DNA of 64,000 nt from Selaginella moellendorffii (GCF_000143415.4 NW_003314261.1:2987266-3051265), one strand, 5' to 3'; positions 45,900-58,002 are shown, counted from the stretch's first letter. Made by a program: numbers and translations. The notes: a model not told the origin generated them from the sequence alone.

Positions 45900-48260
45900 C
45901 TGGGCCAAATCCATAGTTTTTTCTACTTTGGGTTTCTCAAAACAAGTTGGAACTGTTTGTCAAGCAGAGATGAGGACCACCAGCACCATCCTTCCAGAAG
46001 AAAGCTTTGTGTTTTCTAAGCTTCTTTGGAGGGGATTACTATCTAAAGGTGATCTGGTCCCCTCGCCACATCTATACCGACACAGTTTGAAACATTTCGG
46101 GTGGTATTTCAGCACCACGGATCTAACATATAGAAAGAGAGCTGCCTTCCAAACAATTGCTCGCAATCAGTCGAATAAGATTGGCTTTGCTTTGCTGATC
46201 GGATCGATCACTGCCTTTGTCTGTGATTCCCAATGCCCACCTCGCATTACATTATTGCGTGATTCCAGCAAAGAACACACAGGGCGCTGTGCACAAGTGT
46301 TAAAAAGGAAATTGGGAAAGCGACAAAGAAACACCAGCCCATAGCCGTGTTCAAGGATTTTGTGATCTCGCTCACACCAAGCAGAAGAAAGTTATGGTCA
46401 AAGCACTGTGGGAAGAAGTCAACGATGCATTCCATGGATAGTATTTTCTTGCCAAAACCCCACACCAACCGGCATTAGCAGGAAAGCAGTATTGCGCATC
46501 ATACTCAGGTCTACAAGATCTTGGTAAAGATATTTTGCCTCTTTTCTCTTATAGAAGCCCATAAATATTGAGAATCAAGACCCTCAGAAGAGCCAGTGCT
46601 GGTACCATCCCATTGGCTGCTGCATGCATCCCTCGTGAGCGTAAACACAATTGACACACCAACAAAGTGCCAGCCTACCAAGTTGCCAGAAAGCTGATGT
46701 TAAATCATGTGAATTCCTGGAATATTTTCCAGGGGCACTTTCAGAAAATTGGCCGAAGTACTATTTCGAGGTGAAAACAACCGGATCCACCATGTACGGA
46801 AATTGACACTCCAACAAGAAAGGAATTGATGGGTTCATTCCATGAAGAAGCAGAGCTACAGGGACTTGAATGATTCACGACTTTCATTGAGTGAGTACGG
46901 CATGTGAAACAATAGAAAAACACCTCTGCTATGAAACGAGTTATAGTACGGCAAAGGCATTAAAATACTTGAGATCTTCAGGCAATATCCCGGACCACCA
47001 TGGAAACGACGAACGGTGCGACGCACCTAACAAAGAAACGGCTGCCATTCTTGACCAAATCCCACAGCAGCAACCTTTGAGCACGAGCTCCTAAAGTGAA
47101 TAAGCGATTTGAGATCGCCGACTCTTTTTCAACAACTTCCAGCTTATAGAACCCTTGCAATGCCAGAGATCACCTTGAGATCAACCCTGTAAATTACATC
47201 ACAAGTATGGTGGTGCTTTTACCATCCGTTGCATCAAGAAGTCAATCCATGGTCAATCTATAATCTTGAAGGTTTTATCATGCAACTTCTGCCACTCTAC
47301 AATCAAGATTCTTATAGCAAGATTCGTAGGAGTTACAATGGAAGAGGAACAACGCTGAATCCCCACACCAAGGAACTTGACACAGGTACAGCTTGCACCA
47401 CTTTTCATGGCACTTACTGGACAATGGACATTGATGTCGTCACTGTCGTCCGATATCTGCTGGAAGCCTGCCATGATAGGCTCTTTAGACAGTTCCCCGG
47501 CTCACGGCGCCAAGTTGCCCATCAACGCACACGACTGGCCATGCCAGCAGGGTTTGCACGAGCCATGAACCTCAGTACGCTATCAATCTTCTTCTTACCA
47601 TTGAACTTGGTCCTGGCGTCGTCTCCACAAGTGGTTTGCACAGACAAAACAATACCATGATTCAAGAGCAGCAAACTTGCTGATTGGCTGTTCCTCGTGA
47701 TCCTAAACCAAATGCCAGCTTCACAAGTTGCCCGAAAGTTGACGTTGAATCATGTGATTCCAGGAATGATTTCCAGAGCACTATGTAGAATTTTATCATC
47801 CTAGAGTTTCATAGGACACCCTTTGAGGGTGAAAACATCAACTCGCACCGCAGCAGGCACTAACACTACCAAAAGAAGAAGAACCAATCCAGTACGGAAA
47901 TTGACACTCCAACAACAAGGACTTGCACAAAGATGATGTGTCCTTCTATGAATGAGCCATGCTACACGGGCTTGAATGATTGAGTGGACACTAGTGTCGA
48001 ATCCAAGCCACAAAGTCCGGACCCATCCTCCCTCGTCAATCGGACCAATTTAGTACGGCTGGTGTCAAGTGAGTGTCAAGCAAAAGTGGAGGGGTCAATA
48101 GAAAACGAATTCCGTAGTTAGACCTCCCTTTGCCAATGAAACGAGTTCGAGGCGAAGGTCTTCAGGCAATATCCCAGGACACTTGGGCGACGAAATTGGA
48201 CCATGCAGAGAAACGACGAATCGGACGATGCACCTAACAAACAAATGCTGTCCTCTTCTG
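45900..48260 (-). mobile_element. Highly decayed L1-type LINE ORF2 remnants, two partly duplicated copies
   Basis: Minus-strand fragments VKFLGVGI...WQKL, VSWD...KGGL, WNEPI and CRLVWGF...WKAALF. Direct repeats 46680-46885 vs 47725-47985 and 46930-47045 vs 48136-48250. Confidence 0.5.
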
Positions 48261-49033
48261 ATCCGGTGAGATCAGAAAACCAAGAAGTTTCGGGCTCACG
48301 GGAGCTCGCTGATCCCAAACCGATGGATCAATCATTGTCAGTCGAATCATCCATGACCAGGAAAATTTGGCAAGCCAGCTTTTATTCTCGATCGAATCGA
48401 ATTTGATGACGTTCGCTTCTCGAATCAGTCAATCGCCCGAATTACTTCTTTCCCGGCAAAAAGGTTTTTAAAAATTTGAACTTTGAATGCAAGGATATTC
48501 CCCACTCCACGTCAGCGATCCGCCTGACAGCTGGTGTCGATAAGCTCGCCGAGAGCAATCATTGAAAAACCACGCGCAGGGTAACGGGCGGCCCGATCGC
48601 GCTCTACGTGTCCCCCGTGACAACTGGCCTCCATCTTGACGCTACAGTTTTCCTACTGTGGCATTCACCATGGCGCCAGGACAGGTGTCAGACATCCATT
48701 GGCCTCCCCGAGAAATTCGAATGCCAGGAACTTACTTTTAGGGCTCCTGGGCGTGTGATGGAAGCTAAGCTATGGCTGGCGCCACCGCCACCGACGCACC
48801 ACTCCTCCTCCTCCTCTTTGCTCCACTGCGCGACAAAGTGCCATTAGCTTACCTACATTGGTGGCGTGGCGCTTTGTCTCGAGGTATATAAATCGCTGCA
48901 GGGAAGACGAGCTCGCTCGTTGTTTGTTTAATTCCTCCGTCTCCTCTCTCTCTCTCTCTCTCTTCTGTCCAGGGATTCCAATCGATCTTCTGGCAAGAAA
49001 TACTTGAATTCTATCGATTCTCCTGCCACGGAT

Positions 49034-50011
49034 ATGCCGATCGTCGCAAAGCTCGCGCTCCTGCTGCTACTGGCGATCGCGGCCAGGGCCGGCGCCGCCC
49101 CCTCGATCGATCGCCGCGCCACTCGCCAGCTCCAGGAGCTCGTCCCCACCGCGCCGCTCGTCCTCGATTACCACGGCGGGCGATTGCTCACCGGCCGCGG
49201 CTGCCTCATGGTCTTCCTCGTCTGGTACGGCGATTTCACGCCCGCCCAGCAATCCATCATCGTCGACTTCCTCCACTCCTTCAACGCATCCAACACGGCC
49301 TCGCCGTCCACGTACGGATTCTGGAAAATAATCTCCACCTACACGGACGCCACATCCAACCGCGTCAAATCCTCGGTGCGCCTGGGCGGTCAGATCTCGG
49401 TGGGCATTCCGCTGGGGAAGAGCCTCCACCGCAGCGACATTCCGCGCGTAATCGCCACCGCGCTGGCCAGTGCCAAGCTGCCAGCTCACCAGAAATCCCT
49501 CTACGTCCTCCTCACCGCCGCCGACGTGGCGGTGGAGCGCTTCTGCATGGACAGCTGCGCCACCCACTCCTACTTGAACGGCTCATTAGCCACGCGAGGA
49601 CCCCGGCTTCCGTACGCCTGGGTGGGCAATTCGGCCACCCAGTGCCCGGGCATGTGCGCCTGGCCATTCGCGCTACCCCAGTACGGACCCCGAGATAGCC
49701 AGCCACTCGTCCCGCCGAATGCTGACGTGGGCATGGACGGCATAGTGATCAACCTGGCGCTCATGCTGGCCGGCGCCGCCACCAATCCATTCGGCGATGG
49801 TTACTACCAGGGTGACGCTAGCGTCCCATTAGAGTCCGGTACGGCGTGTACGGGAATCTTCGGTACTGGATCGTACCCCGGCTATCCTGGAGAGTTGCTC
49901 GTCGATAAAACCAGCGGGAGTAGCTACAATGCGCAAGGTTTGGATGGCAGGAAGTTTTTGCTGCCGGCTGTGTGGAGCCCCGGGCTCAAGCAGTGCTCCA
50001 CGGGATTCTAA
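49034..50011 (+). CDS. EXL: EXORDIUM/PHI-1-like secreted protein (second, divergent paralogue)
   Basis: LDYHGGRLL, VWYGDF, YAWVGNSATQCPGMCAWPF, ATNPFGDGYYQG and FLLPAVW. TATA box at about 48885. Confidence 0.95.
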   Translation: MPIVAKLALLLLLAIAARAGAAPSIDRRATRQLQELVPTAPLVLDYHGGRLLTGRGCLMVFLVWYGDFTPAQQSIIVDFLHSFNASNTASPSTYGFWKIISTYTDATSNRVKSSVRLGGQISVGIPLGKSLHRSDIPRVIATALASAKLPAHQKSLYVLLTAADVAVERFCMDSCATHSYLNGSLATRGPRLPYAWVGNSATQCPGMCAWPFALPQYGPRDSQPLVPPNADVGMDGIVINLALMLAGAATNPFGDGYYQGDASVPLESGTACTGIFGTGSYPGYPGELLVDKTSGSSYNAQGLDGRKFLLPAVWSPGLKQCSTGF

Positions 50012-50308
50012 GATATATAGAGTTTCGCCAAAGTAACAAAAAAAAAGTTAGATACAGGATAGGTGGGTTTGAAGGAATGAGAAAAAACTTGTGAATCTTT
50101 GAAGGTTGTGACATACCCCATTTGGTTTGTTTCCTTCTGTTTTCCTGCTTCACGGGATCCTGGAAAGAAAGTTTCAAGTGAACTTGTACAGAAAACTTCT
50201 AAATGTTTATACTCATACCATTTGGTTGTGAAACTTTGCGAGATCCTGGAGAGGAAAGTTTGATCTAGAGTGAAACATGAAAGTTGAGACGGACATACCA
50301 TGCTGATG

Positions 50309-51787
50309 TCATGACTTTGCGGGTGATGGTGAGTGTTGCTCCGGAGGATTCATCCATTCGAAGTACGTGCATTTGCCACCCTCGGTGAGCGTCCAGTTGC
50401 CGCAGGACAGGAAGAACTTGCCTTGGTTCGGCCCGGCCTTTCTCACAAGTCTCGTCTTGCACTTTACCCCGCAGTAGCAAAGGTTATCTGCGCCGACGGT
50501 GATGCTCGTCTCGTCGATGTCACTGCTGCGTGGAAGAGCCTCGAGGATTTTCTTCAGCTTTGGCATGAACTCCGAGCTGATATTCGTGATGGCTGGCTTC
50601 CGGGAGCTCTGATGCTGGGTGAACCCGATCTGCATCCCGCGTCTCACGAGCTCCATTGCAAGCGAGGCGGTGTTCTTCGCGTCATCGAGACCACAGTGCT
50701 CTCGCCCTTGCCATTGCAGCCCGGCATGCTGCACAGCCTTTTTCAAGTTGAACTTGTCGCCAAACTTCTCCTGGAAACAAGACTTGAGATTTATCCACCT
50801 GCAAAGAGTTATAAGTAAGCTCAGGAAAGGAAAGATCCAAGCACTGGCGTCATACTTGTTGAAGTAGGACGGCTTCGTCAGACCCTTCAGCCGGCACTCA
50901 AAATCGAGCATGACTTTGCAGTCCCAGTCCGTCCAAGTTATCACCCCAAATCTCTTGCTCTTGACGCCTTTATCTTCAAGCCACTTGTCATGCTTGACCA
51001 AAGCCTCGGCCAAAGCCATTCCATTATCAACCTGGACAAGAAAGAAAAAACCTATAGCGTGAGCACGGAGAAAAAAAAAACTCGAAGAAACGAACTAAAC
51101 TACGAGCAAACGAACGAACTATTCTACAAGGAAAACGAACTAAACTACGATCAAAACGAACTAAAATACGAGCAAAGATGAAATAAACTACAAGCAAACT
51201 GCGAACTAAACTACGAGCAAAGATGAAGGGTGATGCATCGAAACCTGGGTCTGCTCAATACCGGTAAGCCGCTTGCAAAAATCCGTGAGCTGGGGATTGA
51301 ATGTGGGCTTGACATACGTCTGGAAGCTATCCTCCACTGATAAAGAATGCACCGCGACCAGGACCGAAGGAAACTCGATGATCTCCTGCGGGAAGAACAC
51401 GGTCGAGTCGCACGTTGCCTCGAAATCGATCACCACAAAGTAGTCGAAAGCCTGCTCCACAAGTTTCTGATCTATAGAAACTTCTCCATATTTCTTGGAC
51501 GACGAACTTCTAGCGTTTTCTTTGATCTCTCTCTGTTCCTGCGAGGCCTCCCTCAAAATCTCGCCCACTACCAGGTCTCCTACACGGCCATCCTCCGGCA
51601 AAAAATCCCCAGGCGTCTTTCTAGCGCTATCCGCCGCATCTGACGAAGAAATCTTACACTCGACCGCTACTACGCTCGATTGGAATCGCAAGCCGCTATA
51701 GCCGAATCGCGCACTATGAAAACTATGCCCGAGGAGCCGTCTCGCTAGCAGAAGCTCGCGGCATATCACCATTCTCTCCGCATTCAT
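50309..51787 (-). CDS. ERI1/ERI2-type DEDDh 3'-5' exoribonuclease with C-terminal GRF zinc finger, 3 exons
   Basis: VVIDFEATC, EIIEFPSV, TWTDWDC, GREHCGLDDA and CYCG...GPNQGKFFLSC...CTYFEW. Start codon uncertain. Confidence 0.9.
51087..51226. repeat. Intronic minisatellite (AAACGAACTAAACTACGAGC-like units)
   Basis: About 6 degenerate tandem copies inside intron 1 of the exonuclease gene. Confidence 0.8.
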
Positions 51788-51945
51788 GAGCGCTCAAGCC
51801 GCCATTGCGTACCTCGCGATTCATCCAGCCTCCATTTCCCAGCCAGACCTAGCCATGGCCCAAAAACCCTAAACCTCCGACTAAAAGAGAATCTTTTCAA
51901 ATGTATGAATCGCACGGCTCACATTAAATCCTCAATGTAATTTTC

Positions 51946-53475
51946 CTAATTGGCCATGGTATTCGCGAGCAAATCCATGAAATCTTGCGAATTTATCACC
52001 TTAAGAGCCGAGCACAGCACCAAAACTTCGTGACGCTTCCACAATTCGGGGTGTCGCAAGTAATCCTTTTCAGATGTTACAGCAACTACGACCTCGCGAG
52101 TGCTTTTCTTCAGCTCTAAAATCTTTTCCTCCATAGCCACCATGTCCTGGAAGTTAGCCACGAAATCACCGAACATGGTTGGACAATACTAAGAAAAAAT
52201 CAGCACACCTCCGCTTGAAATATATGGTGATCATTATAATCCAGTCTGTGAACTTCCGAAGGTCCAAGCTATCCATAAACGAAGTTCTATCATCGCCAAG
52301 GATTCGAGGTAAACTAGTGATACCTGAACGAGGCAGAGAGACATGGAGTCCGGGCATCCCACACCGGAGATGCAAACAACCACGGCACCCTCGACAGAAG
52401 TTAATGCAAGCGATCGATCTTGTGACGGGCAGAAAAACTGTTGCGGAGCCATCTCGGAGAAGGCAAAAACTGGCTTTGATCCATCCAAATGGCCTTCCAG
52501 GATGGATACAATGGCTCCGAGTCTTTTTGTCGAAACCTGAAAGAAAAGTACTCGTTACTGAAAGAACCGAGGTTTGGAGCTTACAAGGTTTGCGTGGTGA
52601 ACGACGATAACTTGGGCTCGTCGTAGAGAATCAAGAGGTTCACGCAGAGGGCCCCAAGGGATCATCCTCTCGTTTCCAAACAGTGTCACGGCATTCACCA
52701 TGACAATCTCAACGTCCCTTGCTATCCTGAGATGCTGTCAAATGCCAAAGAGAAGGAGAAAAGAAGAGAAGGAAAGTGAGACCTCGTCTATGCGAACTTA
52801 AGCAAACAAACCTGCATACCATCATCAAGAATGGCAACTCCAATCTCAGAGTTTCTAGACCAAGCCCGTGGATTGCCTCCAAAGTCGATCAACTTGGCAA
52901 GCGATCTTCTTCTGGCCGTGTCCTGCTTGCCACACTGCTCCAGAATCGAAAGCGCGGATTTCACCCTGTCAGCTCCAACTCCAAGCCTGACGGGAGAGCC
53001 TTGAAAATGCTTCCCCAGCATTCGAGCTTCATCCCCACCTCCATATCCCTGCTCAGTTCCAGCAAGATGAATGCTGGAAAAAACGAAACTAGAAGGTTGT
53101 ACCCTTGTGAGAACAATTGGATTGATTCCAGCGTAAACGAAGCACCATGCAAGAAACTCCGCCATGGGTGTCTTCCCATTTCCGCCCCAAGTCACATTTC
53201 CAACGCTCACAACCGGCACCGGCAGTCTGGATGGAAGCGCAAGCTCTCTATCGAAACTAGGAGCGAAAGCAATTCAATTACCTCGTTGCCCGAAAAATTC
53301 CTGCATCGTAGAGCATTCGCCGGGCGCGCACCACTGCAGCGTACACCGAGCTGGACACCCGCAGTAGCGGAGAAATGCGGCGCTCCAGGAGCGGCAAGCT
53401 GCGGGCATCGGAGGCAGCGGCAATGCGCACGACCGCATCGCGCAATCGCTTCTTCTCCCGCGCTGCTATGATCAT
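51946..53475 (-). CDS. LPXK: Tetraacyldisaccharide (lipid A) 4'-kinase, multi-exon
   Basis: LPVPVVSVGNVTWGGNGKTP, ILTR/GYGGGDEARML, AILDDGMQH and VTSEKDYLR. Confidence 0.92.
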
Positions 53476-53526
53476 AAACCCTAAAAAAATAAAGATTTAG
53501 GGTTCTTGAGCGCAAAAGGCCTAGCG
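53476..53526. promoter_or_regulatory. 51-bp spacer between divergent ATGs, with two oppositely oriented telo-boxes
   Basis: AAACCCTAA (53476-53484) and TTAGGGTT (53497-53504) lie between the LPXK ATG (53475) and the RPC9 ATG (53527). Confidence 0.7.
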
Positions 53527-54558
53527 ATGAAAATGTAAGCGCAACGTCTGCGAATCGTGTGGTGGGTTTGACTGGCTTGAATCGCTGTTGGGCAGCATCG
53601 AGGCGCACACTGGAATCCTCAGCAACCTCGAGGTGCTGGATTTGCTGCGCAAGCGAGGAGCCGACCAGGGTTTTGCGGGAGCTGTGAGTACCGTAACGCA
53701 GTCCGAGCTCAAGGTAAAGAAAGCCACAGAACTTGTGTGAGTAAGAGAATTAGAGAGCACTGATCGATCGATGGTTTTTGCGAGCTTCTAGGTGTACGAC
53801 TATCTCATCCACACGCCCGCTGCCACACAGTCCCGAGAGAGCTTGGCGAAGCTATCCAAAGAGCCCCTGGCAGCCCGGCTACTCAGGCCGGAACGCTTGC
53901 AAGTCGCGAACTTACGCCCAGCTTCCGCTGTGGAAGTTCATCTGGTAAGACATCTCTTCACTCAGAGACAGAGACGAGAAAGATCTCTCTCTCTCTCTCT
54001 CTCTCTCTCTGGTAGACTCATCTCTCTGGCTCTTTGTCTGGTTGATCTCTCTCTCTCTGGTAGACGTATCGTCTCATCTTTCGCTCTCCTCTCTCTCGGT
54101 GGGAGTTCTTCTGGTGAGACGTCCTTGCTTCTTTCTCTCTCTGGTAGCCGTATCGTCTCATCTCCGGTATCGCTTTGGTAGACGTCTCGTCTCGTCTATC
54201 TCTTTCTCTCTCCCTCTCTGGAAGATCAGTAGCAATTTGCACCCAGGAAATGCAAGGTTCATGCACGAGACAGCCACTAGACATGGATCGACAGAAACTT
54301 TCATATATCTTTGTTTAGAGTCTCCAAGCATGAGCAGTGACGACCAGCTCTGTCAAACAGATTGTCGAGGATATCCAAAACAGGTTCACCGACGAGGAAG
54401 TGGAGGAGCTCGTCAGCCGCGTGAACCAAGTACTGCCCGCGCCCGCTCCATCTTCGGCTGCTCCTGAGGCACAAGGGGCAGCAGCAGCAGCGCTTGACAT
54501 CGATCCGGATGATGACGACGCCCAATTAATGGACTGGACGACGCAGCCAACGCTATAA
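53527..54558 (+). CDS. RPC9: RNA polymerase III subunit RPC9/C17 (CRCP homolog), 4 exons
   Basis: Spliced MKI/IEAHTGILSNLEVLDLLRKRGA...ELK/VYDYL...ERLQVANLRPASAVEVHL/IVEDIQNRF. Confidence 0.88.
53965..54225. repeat. CT-microsatellite-derived intronic tandem repeats
   Basis: Recurring TCTCTCTGGTAGAC...CGTCTCATCT units in the long RPC9 intron. Confidence 0.75.
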
Positions 54559-54586
54559 ACTCCGGAGAGCAAGGGAGGACTTCCGT

Positions 54587-54797
54587 CACAGAGAGAGAGA
54601 GAGAGAGAGAGAACTATTCCTTGCTCTGATTTTGATATATAGATTTGATCCTGTCCTCCATCTTTGTAGCTAAACTCCACTCCACTTGAGAGAGACACAG
54701 AGAGAGAGAGAGAGAGAGAGCTATTCCTTGCTCCGATTTTGATATATAGATTTGATCCTGTCCTCCATCTTTGTAGCTAAACTCCACTCCACTTGAG
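54587..54797. repeat. Near-perfect tandem duplication (about 105-110 bp) anchored on (GA)n
   Basis: CACAG(AG)n..CTATTCCTTGCTCYGATTTTG...CTCCACTCCACTTGAG occurs twice. Confidence 0.9.
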
Positions 54798-55655
54798 GAA
54801 GAAATTGGAAGAAGGGGAATAAAAAACTGGACAAAGGAAGAGGGACAGACAGACAGAGCTAACAGGTTCGCTGTGTTTGGTGCGTGTGTAGGTTACAGAA
54901 GCAGCAGCAAAACAGAGCAGTGTATGCGACAGAGCACGATATGGATGAGAAGAAAACAAGAGTGGAGACTTCGCCGGATGATCCAAATCCAAAGCACCGT
55001 CGCTAAGCAAGCGCAAGCGCAGTCGCGTTAGCTTAGTCGCGTAATCCGGGGGGGCGACGGTGGCGGTGGCGGGGCGTGTTGTGATGATGGATGGATCGCA
55101 GTTTCCTCATGAGGCAAGCAAGGGAAAAAAGGAGCGAGCCAATTGCAGCCACGCTCGCCAAGGGCCAACATTGCAACAAACAAAAGCGAAAACCGAAAGG
55201 CCAGCAAAGCCAACTAGAGCTCGCTTGCAGCTCGCTCGCTCGCTTCGTATCGCTTTTGCCATCGCCCAAAAGCGGTGCGTTGTGTTTTCCCGGCTAGCGT
55301 TACGAGTTTTAATGGTACCAGCAGCGCGCAGAGCCTTATAGCGACACTCGTGACACGGCGGCGAGCGAGAGGTGCGCGAATGAGATGTGCACAAAGTGCA
55401 AGTTGCAAGTTGCAAGGCCCCGGGAGAGCGAAAGTTTCTCGCTCCGTCGCAGAGGAAAAAGATAAACGGCGAAAAAGCGCGGGCTGGCCGCTTGCGCGCT
55501 TCAGGTTGAGGGATCCAGATCTGAGAACGAAACAGCTCCGCCCGCGCGCAGAATCAGAGCAGAGGAAAATTTTGCGATCGCGGTTTTATCCGCCCACGCA
55601 CGGTTCCTTCCTTCGCACGCGCCAAGCGCGCGAAACCAAACAAGCGCCAAGAACC

Positions 55656-57446
55656 CTAAAAAACAGGGGGGGGCCAAAGAGTACTACTGTTTTTACGGTT
55701 GGAAGACAAGGATTTTCTTTTACTTTTCTTTTTCTTCCTCCATCTTCTTGACGAGGAATCAAACAGAAGCAAGAACAATGCGAGACGCTTCCGGCTCTTG
55801 CACTCCACGCATGAATCCGGCAATCCTAGCTCATCATCGCCGTCAGCGGCAGCAATGATCCACCTCCCTCGTCGCCTCCTCCGCTTCTTCTTCTTCTTCC
55901 TGGATCGATTCTTCTTCCTCCGCCGGGGCGGCGGATCTTTCCCGCATTGCCAAGGGCGGCGATCGGATCTGGAGGAGGAGGAGGAGCCGGGGGGGAATCC
56001 AATCCGGTGGCCTTCTTGTTGGAGCAAACTCGCGCGGTAGAATTTCGGTTGTGGATTCGTCCACGCCCAAAACTCGTAACAGAAAACCAAACCGCAAGAA
56101 GACGAAGAAGTCGAGGAAGAAGAGGCCTCTTCCTCGGCATGATCCACCGGCGATGATTCCAAACTCCTCACACCCTTTTCTTCTTCTTCTTCTTCTTCCT
56201 CTTGATCTTCCACCTCGAGCTCCACTTCCACCGCTTTGCGCTCATCATCATCGCTGCTGGCATCGACAACCTCGCCATCCTCCCCGGACTCGAAATCCGA
56301 GAGGAGATTGAATGGGTCCGGGAGATTCCAGTTGTTTCCCCCTTGCGGCGATCGCACAACGATCCACTTGCCCCCCGCGGAGCTCGGGCTCATCCCCGGA
56401 TCGCTCCCGTGACCCTGATCATCCCAGTTGCCGCAAACTTCCAATCTGGGACGAACCAATCGCCGCCTCTCCGCGACTCCTTTCTCCTCCTCCTCCTCCG
56501 CCACCACCGGCATCTCCGCCAGGAGCTTGGTAATCTGGACGCTGTCCAAATCCCCTGCGCTAGCTCGCCGCGGCGCCGCGATCAGCGACGGCGATGGCGA
56601 TTCCATGGCCTCCATCACAAATGGGTGCTGGAGGAGCTGGGCGCTCGTCCACCGCTCCCGGGGATCCCTCCTCAGGCAATTCATCACGAAATCCTTGCCC
56701 TGCTCGGACAGCCACCGCGGCAGCTCGGGCAGCTCCTCGCTACACCCGATCCGGTAGAGCGCCGAGAATGTGTGCTTGACATCGCCCCAGGGCGCGCGGC
56801 CGGTGATCATCTCCAGAACCGTGCATCCCAGCGACCAGATGTCCGAGGCCGTGCCCTGTTCTTCCTGCCGGACCACCTCGGGCGCCATCCACAGCGGCGT
56901 CCCCTTGATCATGGGCGATTGCTGGTGGTGCTGGTAGGGGGCGGCGCCGCTCAGGCGCTTGGCGGCGCCGAAGTCCGCGAGCTTGACGCCGGTGGCGCCG
57001 ACGAGGACGTTCTTCCCCTTGATGTCGCAGTGCACGATCCCGCGCCGGTGGAGGAAGTCGAGGCCTTCGAGGATCCCCCGGGTGTAGATCCTCGCCAGGG
57101 ATTCGTGGAGCTTGCCGCCCAGCTTGGCCATGAGATCGGCGATGCTGCCGCCGGGCATGTACTCGAGGAAGACGCTGCGCACCGGCTGCCCCGATTCCGC
57201 CGAGCTCGACCACGCCGATCCCAGGCACTTGACGATCCGGGGAGAGGATTGGAGGCTCTGGAGGATCGACAGCTCGTTTTCCAGCGCCAGCAGCGCGCCA
57301 TCGCTGGACCGCCCGCCGCTACACTCGGTCGATTTCACCGCGAACAGATCCCCTGTTTCGTTGTCCACCGCCAAATTCACGCTGCCGAAGGCCCCCGCGC
57401 CGATGAGACCGCCGCACACCCACGACCTCACGACCCGATCGGCCAT
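55656..57446 (-). CDS. Intronless MEKK-like MAP3K (MAPKKK13-20/NPK1-related clade)
   Basis: IGAGAFGSV, FAVKS, HCDIKGKN, DFG and GTPLWMAPE, then a long acidic/basic tail. The 3' end may be spliced. Confidence 0.92.
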   Translation of the reverse strand: MADRVVRSWVCGGLIGAGAFGSVNLAVDNETGDLFAVKSTECSGGRSSDGALLALENELSILQSLQSSPRIVKCLGSAWSSSAESGQPVRSVFLEYMPGGSIADLMAKLGGKLHESLARIYTRGILEGLDFLHRRGIVHCDIKGKNVLVGATGVKLADFGAAKRLSGAAPYQHHQQSPMIKGTPLWMAPEVVRQEEQGTASDIWSLGCTVLEMITGRAPWGDVKHTFSALYRIGCSEELPELPRWLSEQGKDFVMNCLRRDPRERWTSAQLLQHPFVMEAMESPSPSLIAAPRRASAGDLDSVQITKLLAEMPVVAEEEEEKGVAERRRLVRPRLEVCGNWDDQGHGSDPGMSPSSAGGKWIVVRSPQGGNNWNLPDPFNLLSDFESGEDGEVVDASSDDDERKAVEVELEVEDQEEEEEEEEKGVRSLESSPVDHAEEEASSSSTSSSSCGLVFCYEFWAWTNPQPKFYRASLLQQEGHRIGFPPGSSSSSRSDRRPWQCGKDPPPRRRKKNRSRKKKKKRRRRRGRWIIAAADGDDELGLPDSCVECKSRKRLALFLLLFDSSSRRWRKKKKSKRKSLSSNRKNSSTLWPPPVF

Positions 57447-57910
57447 AGCCGTCAAGAACGAGCGCCAACGCTCTTCACTCTTCTCTCGCTCAGTTCTTTC
57501 TCATTCGAGGGCTTGAAAGAAATATACGACGAGAAAAAGAGTTAAAAAACCAAGCGGGTTTACTTGCCCTTTTACCCCCTTGATCCACCCCGAATATTTT
57601 GGGGAATCCGACCGAAGGCACTCCTTCTCTGGCGGGGAAAAGCATCAGGATAGATTCGCCGCCACGCTCAGGTAATGCGTGCCACGTGGCGGGCCCGGGT
57701 TCGTTTCAAAGGGCCAACGCGGCTCCCATTGGACGGCAATTGGCGGCGGCTCTCTTGATTGGCCACTCGGCACAAAGATCAACCACTGTACCTACCAGTG
57801 GCCGCGCCTCACCGGCTTTTAACAGGGGGAGGCTCTGTTTTAGGGCGCAGCAAAGGACGGCAGCCAATAGAAACGATTACACTATTACACGACGTCTGGT
57901 GTGGTGGTGT

Positions 57911-58002
57911 GGAAAGATTCGATTTAGATGCTTGCTACATGGCCATGAAGGGAACTGGAAAGATTCGATTTAGATGCTTGCTACATGGCCATGAAGGGAA
58001 CT
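57911..58002. repeat. Perfect 46-bp tandem duplication
   Basis: GGAAAGATTCGATTTAGATGCTTGCTACATGGCCATGAAGGGAACT twice. Confidence 0.95.

Noticed and set aside
51087-51226. CRISPR-like appearance of short repeats (also 53965-54225)
   Set aside because: Degenerate head-to-tail units with no unique spacers, inside eukaryotic introns, and no cas genes.
51946-53475. Lipid A kinase as bacterial contamination or recent HGT
   Set aside because: It has spliceosomal introns, and nuclear-encoded Lpx genes are established in land plants.
54800-55650. Possible conserved miRNA precursor in non-coding spacers (also 58700-59800 and 62000-64000)
   Set aside because: By eye, no match to miR156/159/160/166/171/319/390/396/408 and no long hairpin. 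A folding scan would be needed.
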